DNA of 64,000 nt from Lama guanicoe (Eukaryota), in NCBI GenBank assembly GCA_013239625.1, contig MU054212.1:2480001-2544000 (forward strand), read 5' to 3'. Below are positions 12,106-24,294 of this stretch, piece by piece (position 1 is the stretch's first letter; every line of letters starts with the position of its first letter). Below the pieces are notes generated by a model. That model was given only the letters and a program-made list of their open reading frames with translations. It ran no database searches and was not told the DNA's origin. The position numbers and the translations under genes are program-made.

Positions 12106-14409
12106 ATTCTCTGAAGTCTATAAAAATCCTTCCCTTTTTTTACCCAGAATACTACTTAGTAATAGACTCTGTTCACCAAATACATCTACTGAAGAAGATT
12201 CAGGGAAAATACATAAAATGCTATTTTGTAAGTGACAAGGCATTGATGTTGTCTGGGAACATCAATTGAACAATGGCAGAATTATGGGGCTTAAGGAAGG
12301 CTTCTGCCTTTATCAGCTTCATTGACCCTGGGTAACTTATTTTGTTGAATCACTGTGCGAAAGGGTAGAGGTAGCAGCCTGCAACTGCATCCCACCCTCA
12401 AAATCCACCCACCAACACCCACCACATCCAGTTAACACACCTGGACAATCAAAACACTGATATCCCAAAGCTACTTTCCTGCCACATAAAGGGGAGCATG
12501 CTTTCTACATTTTCTGAGTGATATCAATTAAATGGTATTTCCTCTTAATTTTATCTTCTGACTCTCTCTCTCTCTCTCTCATCTTGGATTTTTTTTTCCC
12601 CAGGAAATGTTCCCCAAAACTCACAGAATGTTCCAAACCTCAGCATAGGTTTATGCCCTAAGAATTTGTTATTCATGAAGCAGGCTTTTTGAAGTCTGAT
12701 TTCTCAGGATTGATGCTTTATCTTTAAACAGAGAACATGAACATTGGCTCAAAGGATCCCTGACAATCACTTAGGAATAACTCAGACATTTGTGTCTGGG
12801 CAAGGTCTCCCCTACACAGGGAACCTTTTGTAAATATTAGTTACTAGAACCGTAACACTAACAGTTGTGGTTAATAATTACCACAATGTGCCAAAACTGC
12901 ACAGTTTGCTCCCTGATTACAATATTAAATTGCTATTGAGCTGTGGTATTTGCTTCAGGCAATACTAGTAAGAACCCCCCAAAGACCCTGGCTGGCCTCG
13001 CTGTACAAAAACGGAAAACGTTCCGCAGCACACAATGCTCAGGCAGCAGTGGGCTTTGCCAGAAAACAAACACAAAACTCAGACAATAGAAGGAAAGTTT
13101 TATCAGAGCTGAAGTGTCCTTTCACTTGGGAACTGTCATCTCTCAAAAAGAAAAACACGCACACACTCGATAGCGGCTTACAAGGCAAGCCATTACTATG
13201 GGCACAGTGACTCATGGTGCAGATAGAGAACACTGCACAGCCAGAGCTCCAAGGCTTTGTTTTATTTGCATCTGATTACGTCTAGAGATAGGCTGAGCCA
13301 GCTCTGAAGAGTTGAGGGCCCCTCCGAATGCGAGCAGGCTTCTCTCCCTGTGGGCAGGGAGGGAATTTTCCTTTCCCACACACCCTCTCCTCTCTGCTTG
13401 ACAGGTCAAGTGGCCTGGACAATAGGGCAACGCTACTGAGAGCAAAACTGCAATTTAATGGAGAGGTGTCATTAGCTCCAGGACTGCACATTCAAAAGCA
13501 GACACAATGGGGGCACTTGTCACAGGCAGCACACAACAATCCACCCCGCATCCACCCACATACTGCCATCCCACCTCCAAATCTGCGACTTCAGAGACCC
13601 ACAGTGGGCAAATGAGTACTTAGCAATCAATGTGCACGTACAGCCACTCAGCATGTGATAACAAGAGGCTGGTTTGCCCAGTCCAGGGATACAGAAGCAT
13701 ATCGGGGTATGCCTACCAAAGGCTGAACTCAATACGTGCTACCTTACAGGAACTCAGGCTCCCAAAGACAGCAAGGTAACGAGAAAAAGAACAGTGGCTA
13801 CTAAGCAAATAATTAAAAGAGATTCAGAAAGAAGGATGTCACTTGTGCCTTGACCCCATCAGACCAGGCAAACCAGAAAAGAGCCAGCAAAACACTACTG
13901 TGCCGGTTAAGAGAGGTTAACATGGGGAGTCAACTGCAGCCCTCTGAGCAGCTGTGGTGTCTCTGGCCTGTGCAGGCAGACACAGTAATGGATATTCTTG
14001 GCACAGGGGAGACAGTAAACAGTTGCTCTATTCCTTCCCTCCATACAGCCAGTCTATCTGCTCCAGATTACCAAGGTGTGCTGGACTGGGTCCATTCTCC
14101 AGGCCAGGACACCCAGGGATGGGCTTGGAACTCAATGGGCAACTCAAGCCACCACATCACCTATAACAAAAAAGATTCCCTGTGAATTGAGGGTGGAAGG
14201 TAGGTGTGGGAGGTTTTAGGAGAGATGGGGATATTTATACTGCAGAGTCTAAGAAAGAGGCCCAGGATTGTTTGACTCTTGGTAAATCCAATGGGTATTA
14301 AACATAAAGGATTTTTTTAAATATTTTAATTTTTGTATTTTTAAAAGGCTTTCCATTCTCTTTATTTCCAAAAACATACTTGTTCATTGTAATTTTTTTC
14401 ACATGTCAG

Positions 14410-14720
14410 TCTACACTTTATGAATTCCTCAAGGATAAGTAAGGTTATTACTCATGTCTACCATTTACAAAGCTGTGTGACCTAGGGAAAATTACAACCC
14501 ACTCTGCACATTAAGTAGAGATTATACTCATGCATGTGAAACCTCTTAGCATAAGTGCCTGGTACAAAATAAACCTCCAATAAATGTTAACTGCTGCTGT
14601 TATTATTACTGCCATTATTATTATCACTGTTGTTTTCTATCTTCTATCCTCAAAATCTAGCTCAAAAATGCTTAGAACTGGTTATGTGACCAGCTGATCA
14701 ACTGAATGAATGACTGAGTG
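14410..14720 (+). mobile_element. L2 3' end containing a MIR (about 14460-14620)
   Basis: gctgtgtgacct..gtgcctggtaca..ataaatgtta (MIR), flanked by L2-like sequence ending tgaatgaatga. Confidence 0.6.
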
Positions 14721-15040
14721 GATGATACCTTATGTGGCAGGCAGCTTCCTCTTCTGAGATGCTCTGTCCCAATCATGATTCTCCCAATGCCAAGAAATAA
14801 GGAGGTCTTGGACACATCATTTCACCTGCTATATTCTTGACCTCACAAGCCTCAATGTCACTTGCCAAACACAGCCCTAGTAAAAAGGGATAGAAATGGA
14901 GGTTTGATTTTCTTAGTCTTTTATTTTCTACTCTAATGAGCCTGTGAGTTTGAGAGGAACAACCATGCCAAGTAGCCCTGATGATTATTTTCAGGAAAGC
15001 CCACATTGGGATGGGGCAGAGGGAGCACATATAAGCAGCA

Positions 15041-15471
15041 GTAAGTCTATTTTTAGTCTTTTGAGGAATCTCCATACTGTTTTCCATAATGGCTGCACTA
15101 AACTACATTCTTACCAACAGTGTAGGAGGGTTCCCTTTTCTCTACACTCTCTCCAGCATCTACCTTTTGTGGACTTTAGAATGATGGCCATTCTGACTGG
15201 TGTAAGGTATAGTTTTGATTTGCGTTTCTCTGATAATCAGTGATAATGAGCATTTTTTTTCATGTGCCTATTGGCCATTTGTATATCTTCATTGGAAAAT
15301 TGCTTAGATCTTCTGCCCATTTTTGGATTGGGTTGTCTGTTATTTGTTAAGTTGCATGGGCTGTTTATATATATTCTGGAAATTAAGCCCTTGTCAGTCT
15401 CATCTTTTGCAAATATTTTCTCCCATTCTGTAGGTTTTCTTTTTGTTTTGCTTATGGTTTCCTTTGCTGTG
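15041..15471 (-). mobile_element. Internal L1 ORF2 fragment, no 3' UTR or poly(A)
   Basis: Colinear with the L1 at 17022-17464 (gtaagtctatt..ttttgaggaatctcca..tttcctttgct). Confidence 0.9.
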
Positions 15472-15667
15472 AACTTTTTTAACCTTAAAGGGCCATACAG
15501 TGCATATTTTATGCTTTGTGGGTCATTCAGTCCCTCCCACAGCTACTCTACACTGTCACTGAAGGGTGAAAGCAGCCACAGATAACAGATACCCAAATGG
15601 GTGTGATTCCACTCCAATCGAACTAGATTTACAAAAGCAAGTAAGCAGGTCAGTTCACTGACCTGTG
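15472..15667 (+). mobile_element. MER58A-like hAT-Charlie element
   Basis: aacttttt..taaagggcca..gaaagcagccacaga..atttacaaaa. Confidence 0.8.
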
Positions 15668-16220
15668 ATCTAACCTGTAAAGCAAGGCAACATCCCTTTT
15701 TAACCTAAGTAATTTGGTGTAAAATATAAGAAATATTTCCATAGCCTGCGACCTCACTATCTCTTACCCAGATAATTATAGTAACTTCTAACTTATTTCT
15801 GGCCTTATCTTTTACCTACTCTGATTTATCCTATGCACACCACCATAGTTTTATCTCCAAAATTCAATCTTTCTTTCTTTTTTTTAAATTTTATTTTATT
15901 GAGTTACAGTCAGTTTACAATGTTGTGTCAATTTCCAGTGTAGAGCACAATTTTTCAGTTATATGTAATATATATATATTGTCACATTCTTTTTCACTGT
16001 GAGCTACCACAAGATCTTGTATATATTTCCTTGTGCTACACAGTATAATCTTATTTATCTATTCTATATATACCTGTCAGTATCTACAAATTTCGAACTC
16101 CCAGTCTGTCCTTTCCAACCCCTCTCCCCCCTGGTAACCACAAGTTTGTATTCTATGTCTGTGAGTCTGTTTCTGTTTTGTATTTATGTTCATTTGTCTC
16201 TTTCTTTTTTTTTTTTTTTT

Positions 16221-16279
16221 NNNNNNNNNNNNNNNNNNNNNNNNNNNNNNNNNNNNNNNNNNNNNNNNNNNNNNNNNNN
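16221..16279. other. Assembly gap (59 N)
   Basis: Run of n following a poly(T) inside the L1. Confidence 1.
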
Positions 16280-16379
16280 GAATGACATTCTCCAGGGACA
16301 TCCATGTTGCTGCAAATGGCATTATGCTGTTGTTTTTTATGGCTGAATAGTATTCCATTGTGTAAATATACCACATCTT

Positions 16380-17530
16380 TTTTTTTTAACATTTTTTATT
16401 GATTTATAATCATTTTACAATGTTGTGTCAAATTCCAGTGTTCAGCACAATTTTTCAGTCATTCATGGACATATACACACTCATTGTCACATTTTTTTCT
16501 CTGTGATTTATCATAACATTTTGTGTATATTTCCCTGTGCTATACAGTGTAATCTTGTTTATCTATTCTACAATTTTGAAATCCCAGTCTATCCCTTCCC
16601 ACCCTCTACCCCCCTGGTAACCACAAGTCTGTATTCTCTGTCCATGAGTCTATTTCTGTCCTGTATTTATGCTTTGTTTTTGTTTGTTTGTTTGTTTTTG
16701 TTTTTTAGATTCCACATATGAGCGATCTCATATGGTATTTTTCTTTCTCTTTCTGGCTTACTTCACTTAGAATGACATTCTCTAGGAGCATCCATGTTGC
16801 TGCAAATGGCATTATGTTGTCGGTTTTTATGGCTGAGTAGTATTCCATTGTATAAATATACCACATCTTCTTTATCCAGTCACCTGTTGATGGACATTTA
16901 GGCTGTTTCCATGTTTTGGCTATTGTAAATAGTGCTGCTATGAACATTGGAGTGCAGGTGTCATCCTGAAGTAGATTTCCTTCTGGATACAAGCCCAGGA
17001 GTGGGATTCCTGGGTCATATGGTAAGTCTATTCCTAGTCTTTTGAGGAATCTCCACACTGTTTTCCATAGTGGCTGCACCAAACTGCATTCCCACCAGCA
17101 GTGTAGGAGGGTTCCCCTTTCTCCACAGCCTCTCCAGCATTTGTCATTTGTGGATTTTTGAATGACGGCCATTCTGACTGGTGTGAGGTGATACCTCATT
17201 GTAGTTTTGATTTGCATTTCTCTGATAATTAGTGATATTGAGCATTTTTTCATGTGCTTTTTGATCATTTGTATGTCTTCCTTGGAGAATTGCTTGTTTA
17301 GGTCTTCTGCCCATTTTTGGATTGGGTTGTTTATTTTTTTCTTATTGAGTCGTATGAGCTGCTTATATATTTTGGAGATCAAGCCTTTGTCGGTTTCACT
17401 TGCAAAAATTTTCTCCCATTCCGTAGGTTTTCTTCTTGTTTTACTTCTGGTTTCCTTTGCTCTGCAGAAGCTTGTAAGTTTCATTAGGTCCCATTTGTTT
17501 ATTCTTGCTTTTATTTCTTCTAGGAGAAAA
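16380..17530 (-). mobile_element. Younger 5'-truncated L1 nested in the outer L1, with intact ORF2 C-terminus
   Basis: Own poly(T) and distinct 3' UTR. ORF2 is open from 17530 to the stop at 16705 (..[45 protein letters not shown]). TSD cacatctt at 16372-16379 and 17531-17538. Confidence 0.93.
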
Positions 17531-18039
17531 CACATCTTCTTTATCCAGTCATCTATCGATGGACATTTAGGCTGTTTCCATGCCCTGGCTATTGTAAATA
17601 GTGCTGCTATGAACACTGGAGTGCAGGTGTCTTTTTGAAGTATGGTTCTTTCTGGATATATGCTCAGAAGTGGGATTACTGGGTCATATGGTAAGTCTAT
17701 TCCTAGGCTTTTGAAGAATCTCCATACTGTTTTCCACAGTGGCCGCACAAAACTGCATTCCCACCAGCAGTGTAGGAGGGTTCCATTTTCTCCATAGCCT
17801 CTCCAGCATCCAAAATTCAATATTGATTACATGATTACCCTGTATAAAAACTTCCCTTATTTCTAAAAAAGAAATTCAAGAATGAAATTCAATCTCTTCA
17901 TCATGGCTTAGAAAACAATCCTTGTCTGATTCCAATCTACTCATAGTTTCTCCTCCACATGCTAGTATCCAGCTCTACTGAAGTGTCAAATGTTCTCCAG
18001 GTATAACACTTCACTACATCTCCAAATCTTTTCCTATAC

Positions 18040-18412
18040 TGTATTAGTCAGAGTGATTAATGCCAACTACCACAACAGACAGGCTTAAACAATAAGTCTA
18101 TTTCTCTCTCAGATGAAGTATGATGCAGGTTGGAGGGGGCTTTCCTCCATCCAGTGACTTAGAGATCCAGGTTCCCTCTGTCTTGTGACTCGTCCACTTC
18201 AATACATCACTACTGAGTATATGGTAGCAGGAAAAAAGAGAAGCAGAAGGAGCACACCAACATTTAAGTGTAGGACGCTAAGTAATGCATGATTTTTGCT
18301 CATAATCCCACTTAACTAAAATTCAGTCACATGAAGCCAATTCAACTGCAAAAATGTCTGAAAAATGTAAGGGTGCACAGGGGCAATTAGTGAGTACAAA
18401 CTCTCTGCCATG
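18040..18412 (-). mobile_element. MaLR LTR (MLT1J/K/L-like)
   Basis: Begins tgtattagtca, contains agagatccaggttcc and tcagtcacatg..aactgcaa, ends ctctgcca. Approximate 5-bp TSD tatac/tatat. Confidence 0.75.
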
Positions 18413-20448
18413 TATATACTCTGTCCTTTGCTTAGTATATCTTTCCTCTTCTCCTCCTAGTAAATACCTTATCTTCCAGACTGTGATCAAATGTCATCTT
18501 CCTGGCTCCTTTAGACAACATTTCCCCACTCCTGTGTTCTCATAATATAAACATCTACTGCACATGTATCATCCCCTTTTACAATTATTTGTCTGCACAT
18601 CTAACTCCAATGCAAAAGATGAGAAGGCTAATTTTCTCCTCAGTGACTCCTCACTTCCCAACACTATACCAGGCACCTGTAAACACACAATACATAGTTG
18701 ATACATGAATGAATGAATGAATGAGTGAATGAATGAATGAACCAACCCACCAAGATGGGCTCTAGAAAGATCTGCCCATGGAAACAAAAAAGCAAAGAAA
18801 ATTGACTTTCGCATGAGTTCTTATCATGCGTCTGAGTTACTAGTTTAGGATGAAACTTTTTATGGTAAATGAGCTCTCATAAGGATGATTCCTGGACCAA
18901 ATCCATTAAAGTCGAAAACACTGAAAAGAGCCACATGATTATAGGGTACCCTATAAAGTTTAAAACAATGTAATATTCTGATTCTGGAACTGGAAGACTT
19001 GACAAGTTTCCAGTTGGGAACAGGAGCTGTTGTTGAGACTCACTGTCCTAGGGTTTTCCTCTGAGAAAACAGGAGAAGTAGATGGGTGGTACAAATATTT
19101 CCAGGCAGCCAGCCAAGATAATAATCCCAGGCATGTGTGTGTTGTGAGACACACTGTCCTTTTCTCAAGCTGACATTCAAGCCCCCTCCCATGTCTAATC
19201 AGGTCTTTCTCATATCTTTAACACAAAGACCAAATTTTTTAAAAAGCCAGTGGAGTCCATCCTATTTCCAAAGCAGAGAAATGTTAGGAACTGGAAGTCT
19301 CTGCCTCGCATTTTTGGTAGCCTGCTGCATTCTGAGGTTAGGTAACCATAACAAAAAGCAAAACGAATGACTTCAGTGAAAAGTTTGCCCGGGGCAAAGC
19401 CAAGAGGTATGATATTTCTCTTGGATTACAATCAACAGAAGCACTTAAACTGATGTTGGTATTGTTCAGAATTCTGGAGATAAGTGTAATACATTTAAGG
19501 ACTTTTTAAGATTTTTTTTCAGGATTTTGATATTTCATTTGAACAGTTTGGTTGGTTGGCTTTTATGTCCCCTGCCCCAAAGAATTCATTAAGGAATTTT
19601 AGTCATGATTTTGGGGCTAGCATAAAACAGCTGTCTTAACATCAGTGCCTCTGTGGTTTATAAGCTCACCACTTTCCTGGGAGTCTCTAGAATCATCTTA
19701 GCTGTGACTCTGCTAAACATGTCTCTCAATCAACTTCCGCCATTAGCACCAAAAATTCCAGCCGGCTGACTAGCTGTGGGCAACATCTCATCTTGCTGAC
19801 AAAATCTGCCATCGGCCTCGATTAGTTTGGAAAGCCTGTCTCATCAGAAAAGCTCCATGACAAATCTACTTCTGGTGCCGACGTGAAGGCGCTGCCATCA
19901 AGACAAAGGTCAAAATACATTTGAGTTCTGGACTCATGTGAAAACTTATCACTGCAGTAGACTCCTTGCTGAAGGACAAGAGATACCCTGCACTGAGGGT
20001 GAAAATTGGCTCCATGGAGAAAGCTTCAAAGCCATTTCAGACATTAGAACGTGACTAGATGTATCAGGAAAACAGGAGGGGCTGAAGCAGAGTGTGGGGG
20101 TGCCATGGGGAGCTGGTAAAGAACTTGCCCCAGAAAGCGGCCCAGTGATTTTGTATTCATTTTTGGGAGCAAGAAACATTGAGGCCAGAACTTCATTAGA
20201 GATAGGCTGCTTAACACACCAATGACTGGTGTATTTACCACATTTAGACTGACTTCATGTCAAAAATTAAAATGCCAATGTGGAATGCCTCTGTGAGACG
20301 TGCTAAAGCTTGCTACCCAGAAGGAAAATAAAGATTCTGTAGCACTTGAAATCTGTTCATCAGAGTGAGAAACAAGCTGCTAGAAAGCTCTGTAAAACCA
20401 GAGAAGACTCAGCTGCTCCCAGATGTGAAAAGAGTGGCTTAGTTAGTG

Positions 20449-20636
20449 CAGTGGTTCTTGGGGTGTGGTCCCCAAGCCAGCAGCATCAGCATCACCCACA
20501 GACTTATTAGAAATGCAGAATCCCTGGCCACAGCCTAGACCTGCCAATCCAGAAACTCTGGCAGTAGGACCCAGCAATCTGTGTTTTAAGGAGGCCCGGA
20601 TGGTTCCAATGCCAGCTCAAGTCAGAGAACCATTGC
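20449..20636. mobile_element. MER5A hAT-Charlie MITE
   Basis: cagtggttct..ccagcagcatcagcatcacc..ttagaaatgcagaat..gagaaccattg. Confidence 0.9.
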
Positions 20637-20934
20637 TCTGGAGAATCTAGAAGGATCTTCACAGTCAGCTCCTATCCCAGCCACCCACTCAGCAGATGAC
20701 CTTATAGAAGTCACTTGACCTTGCTCTCGGCCCATCCCATTCCATCTAGAAAGTAGTCATTTCAACTACTGTGGTCCAAACCCACTACTTCCCTCCATAC
20801 ACCCCTGGCTAGATAATCAGAACAACCTATCCTGAACACCTCTGTTTCTTCTGCAAAGGCTCTGGAGATGCCAAGATGTATTCAGACCTCATTCTGTATA
20901 AATCTATGTCCTCTGAGGAACTGAGCAGGACAGG

Positions 20935-20982
20935 GTTTGTTTTTGTTTTTGTTTTCATTTTGTTTTGTTTTGTTTTGTTTTT
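20935..20982 (+). repeat. (GTTTT/GTTTTT)n simple repeat
   Basis: Direct reading. Confidence 0.85.
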
Positions 20983-21074
20983 ATTTGCCCTGGCTTTGGA
21001 GATGGAAAAAACTAAAGTGTTCCAGACCAGAATCTGGCGAGGTCCTGGGTTCAATCCCCACCACCTGTCTAGAT

Positions 21075-21281
21075 CAGAGACTAACCAAATCTGGCCGGGT
21101 GCCTACTTTTGCAGATGAAGTCTTATTGGAGCACAGCCACACTCACTCATTACATATTGTCCAGGGCTCCCTTCCAGCTCCAACAGCAGAGTTGAGGAGT
21201 TGTGACAGAGGCACAATGGCCTGCAAGGCCTAAAATATTTACTCTCTGTTCCTTTCCAGAAGACGTTTTCCCAGACCACTA
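21075..21281 (-). mobile_element. MER58A-like hAT-Charlie element with perfect 8-bp TSD
   Basis: ttattggagcacagccac..gcagagttgag..gcctaaaatatttac. TSD gtctagat at 21067-21074 and 21282-21289. Confidence 0.9.
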
Positions 21282-22534
21282 GTCTAGATACATATTCAGC
21301 CCACACTGAAGCAGGAGAACAAGAGGTGGCAGTTGTGGGGTCGTGAACTGGGGAGGACGCAGGGCTTCAGGGATGACAACAGAGGGGCCCCTGCTGAAAG
21401 AGTACAGAGAGTGTTCTGGTGCCTGGCAGCCCCAGGCCTGAATCTAGGGACAGGTGCATGGCCCCCAAAAGACAGTCTGACTTATAAAAAGCTCCTCTGG
21501 TGATTAAACACAAACTAGTCCACAGACCACACTTAGAGAAATGAGAAATCATCTGGCTCTTCAGATGCACAAAGGCATAAGCCCTAGTGCTCTTAGAAAG
21601 TTCACCAAATGAAAATCTGGTCTAAATCCCTCAATTGCAGCTGTGACTTTTTTGTACTTTCTAACAGATTTGGCAGGGGGTGGGAGGATAAATTTAAACT
21701 TCCAGGCTTGTTTAATTAATTTAGCCTGGAATGTGCATGGTTGCTCATTTAACCTTAAAATTTATCCTGCTAATACTCCAAACTCCATACTCATAAAGAC
21801 AATTTTAAATTTACAGAACTCTACTTCCAGCAGACCAGAAAGCTAAGTGGAGTTTTAACTTGTACCATCACAGAAACAAATGCTTGTTCCAAATGTAACC
21901 TTCAGGCATTTTGGAATTAGGACATTCTAATCTCTCAAAAAAGGAGATGTGTGGATAGCTTGCACATATCAAGAGAATTTTCACGGTATAGTGAGAAGAC
22001 CTAGTGATACCTCTAAGATAACAAAGGAAATTTTGAAAATTGTCAACTTTACAAACAAACGTAAAATTTTTTAGAACTTAAAAAAACAAAAAGAACTTTT
22101 GTTCTAAAACATGGGTATTTTTAATGTTGCCTTTTGATTATAAAAGGTAAATAACCTCATTTTAGAAAATGTATAAAATAAAGAAAATCCATCCATAGTC
22201 CCTAATGCAATTACTAACACATGTCCTAATATAATCAGTTAGTAATAAACAAACCAACCAACCAACCAACCTTAAAATTTAAAATTAGAAAGAATGTTTT
22301 TCTGATATGGAAGTAACTGTTTCTAAATTGCTGAAAAGCTCATCAGAACCTCAGAGGCCAGCGGTAACAGGGAACCAATACCCAACTAAGTATTAATCCC
22401 TCATGGAATCATCAACATACTCTCCAGAGAGTCTTTTCCTACCTCAGCCTTCAAGATTTATCTCCAATCCTTTCTCTTCATTCTATTCCTTCTCCCTAAT
22501 TTTTCTTTCTCTCTTCCTTTCTTACTTAGTAGTT

Positions 22535-23220
22535 ATATAATTACAGCTTACCCTACATTGAGCACCTTACATGGATTATTTTGTTTCATTTCACAAGAAC
22601 CTTGCAAGTAGGTACTATGAGAGCCTCACATTACCCATGGGAATCTGGAAACTTAGAGAAGTAATGAGGCAGATTGTTGCTATTATGGTCCCAAATTTGG
22701 TCACAACTCCCTATATGCACGCCTGTTCAAGCAGCAGAGTTTAATGTCTCTAAGCCTTAAATCTGGGCTTGGTCATGTGCCTTGCTTTAGTCAATGGGAC
22801 AACAGCAAATATTATACAAATCAAAGCTTGAAAGATGCTTGCTCTTTGAAACTTACCCTCTCTTGCTGCTGGGAGCTTTTGGTCACCATATACAGAAACC
22901 CAGGCTAGTCTGTTAGATGAAGAGAGATGACATGGAGAAGGGCCCCCTCTAAAGCCCCAGATGTATAAGTGAACCCAGCCAATATTATGAGGAACACAAA
23001 ATAAGCTGTCCCAGCTAAGCCCAGCTCAACTGTCAATCCATCAAATCATGAGCAGATACGTGACCATTTTTTTAAGCCACTGAATTTTGGGATAGTTTAT
23101 TACATAGCCCAAGCTAACTGACACAACGTAGTTTGCTTAAAGTCACACAGGCAGGACAAAGATTCACACCTAGATGCTCTTGACTCTATAACCCAAGTAC
23201 TTAACCCCATGTTACACTGT
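22535..23220 (-). mobile_element. MIR split by an MLT1 LTR
   Basis: ttgagcacc..gtaggtactat..acttagagaag before the LTR; tttgcttaaagtcacacag..tgactc..cttaacc after it. Confidence 0.75.
22665..23125 (+). mobile_element. MaLR LTR (MLT1G/H-like)
   Basis: tg..ca termini; ccttaaatctgggcttgg..ttgctttagtcaatggg; ttttaagccactgaattttggg..agctaactgacaca. Confidence 0.85.
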
Positions 23221-24254
23221 GAAACTCCCAAGAACTTAATCAGCACCACTGGGTGAAGTCAATACTCAATAGTGATACAGTGTCCCCTTAGACATAACCA
23301 GAACGATGACTTATCTGTCGAGCTGGACAAAAAGATGGGCCCATTCCACATGTTGCCAGTAGTAGCTCAATTCTAAATTCAGACCAGAGGCACCTGGGAA
23401 ATAATTAGCTCCAGTGTTGCTGTCCTCCCGTAACAAATTTGAGGGCAACTCTTTATTTTTGCTAAAGTTAAACAGTTTGTGGCAACACATGTTACTTACA
23501 CTTTTCTAGAAATAGAAATGTATTTACTTTTAATCAGTTGGGGACTCATTAGTGGGCTGTCTTTATCTCCCTGAGCCTTTGCCTTCTTTGCTTGGTTTTC
23601 AGGGGGAAGGGAGGGGCTTGACCCTGTATTAGTGTTTTGTTTGTTTTTTAACAGAACCCTTGGAAATAAGCTCTAATGGGCTGAACAAATCAGGAAGAGA
23701 AGCAGTGTCAATTGCAACATGACAGTCAACTTTTATATCCTACCTCTTCTCACACTCCTATCCTAGGCCTAACAGAATTGAATGAATAACTGATTACTGG
23801 AAATAAAAAGCAATTATTCAACTAATCAAGCTGTACGAAACATTAATCTGGTGTAGAGCTACACAGATTGATGAAATGAGAAATTTCGATAGAGAATATA
23901 TATCAAAGCATTTCACAGGAAGCTTTTAAAATATTTTGACAATAACAGACGTTTGAAAGATTTGCAGATGTATGGCTAAAGTAAATAAAATATTTTGATG
24001 CATAATACACAAAAGTCATATAGAAAAGCAAATCTGGGATACCAAATTTGAAAACAAATTTCACTACAACTGAAGTAATCACTTCTAATTTTTTTCTCTT
24101 ACTTTCTCTACCTGCAAAATGGGTCTCTTTTGTGGAATGGCAAACAATGTTTCAGATAATATGGGTTTTAAAAAAAGTCTTTCTTTGAAATTCCAATCGT
24201 TCTTAAGCAGTTATTAATTCAGGGTCTTCCCAGACTTCTACCATCTACCCTCCA

Positions 24255-24260
24255 ACACAC

Positions 24261-24293
<33 letters not shown>
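24255..24293 (+). repeat. (CA)n/(CATACA)n microsatellite
   Basis: Direct reading. Confidence 0.9.

Positions 24294-24294
<1 letters not shown>

Larger units (their letters stand above)
15869..17808 (-). mobile_element. 5'-truncated camelid-type L1 (outer element), 13-bp TSD
   Basis: Poly(T) at about 15870-15885, then 3' UTR and ORF2 end. TSD tccaaaattcaat at 15856-15868 and 17809-17821. Split by an inner L1. Confidence 0.92.
15745..18742 (+). mobile_element. L2 3' region fragmented by later L1 and MLT1 insertions
   Basis: L2-like sequence at 15745-15868, 17822-18039 and 18415-18742, ending in (GAAT)n. Confidence 0.7.

Noticed and set aside
16705..17820. 371-aa ORF as a host gene
   Set aside because: Entirely L1 ORF2 sequence from two nested elements; the start is a TTG in the TSD.
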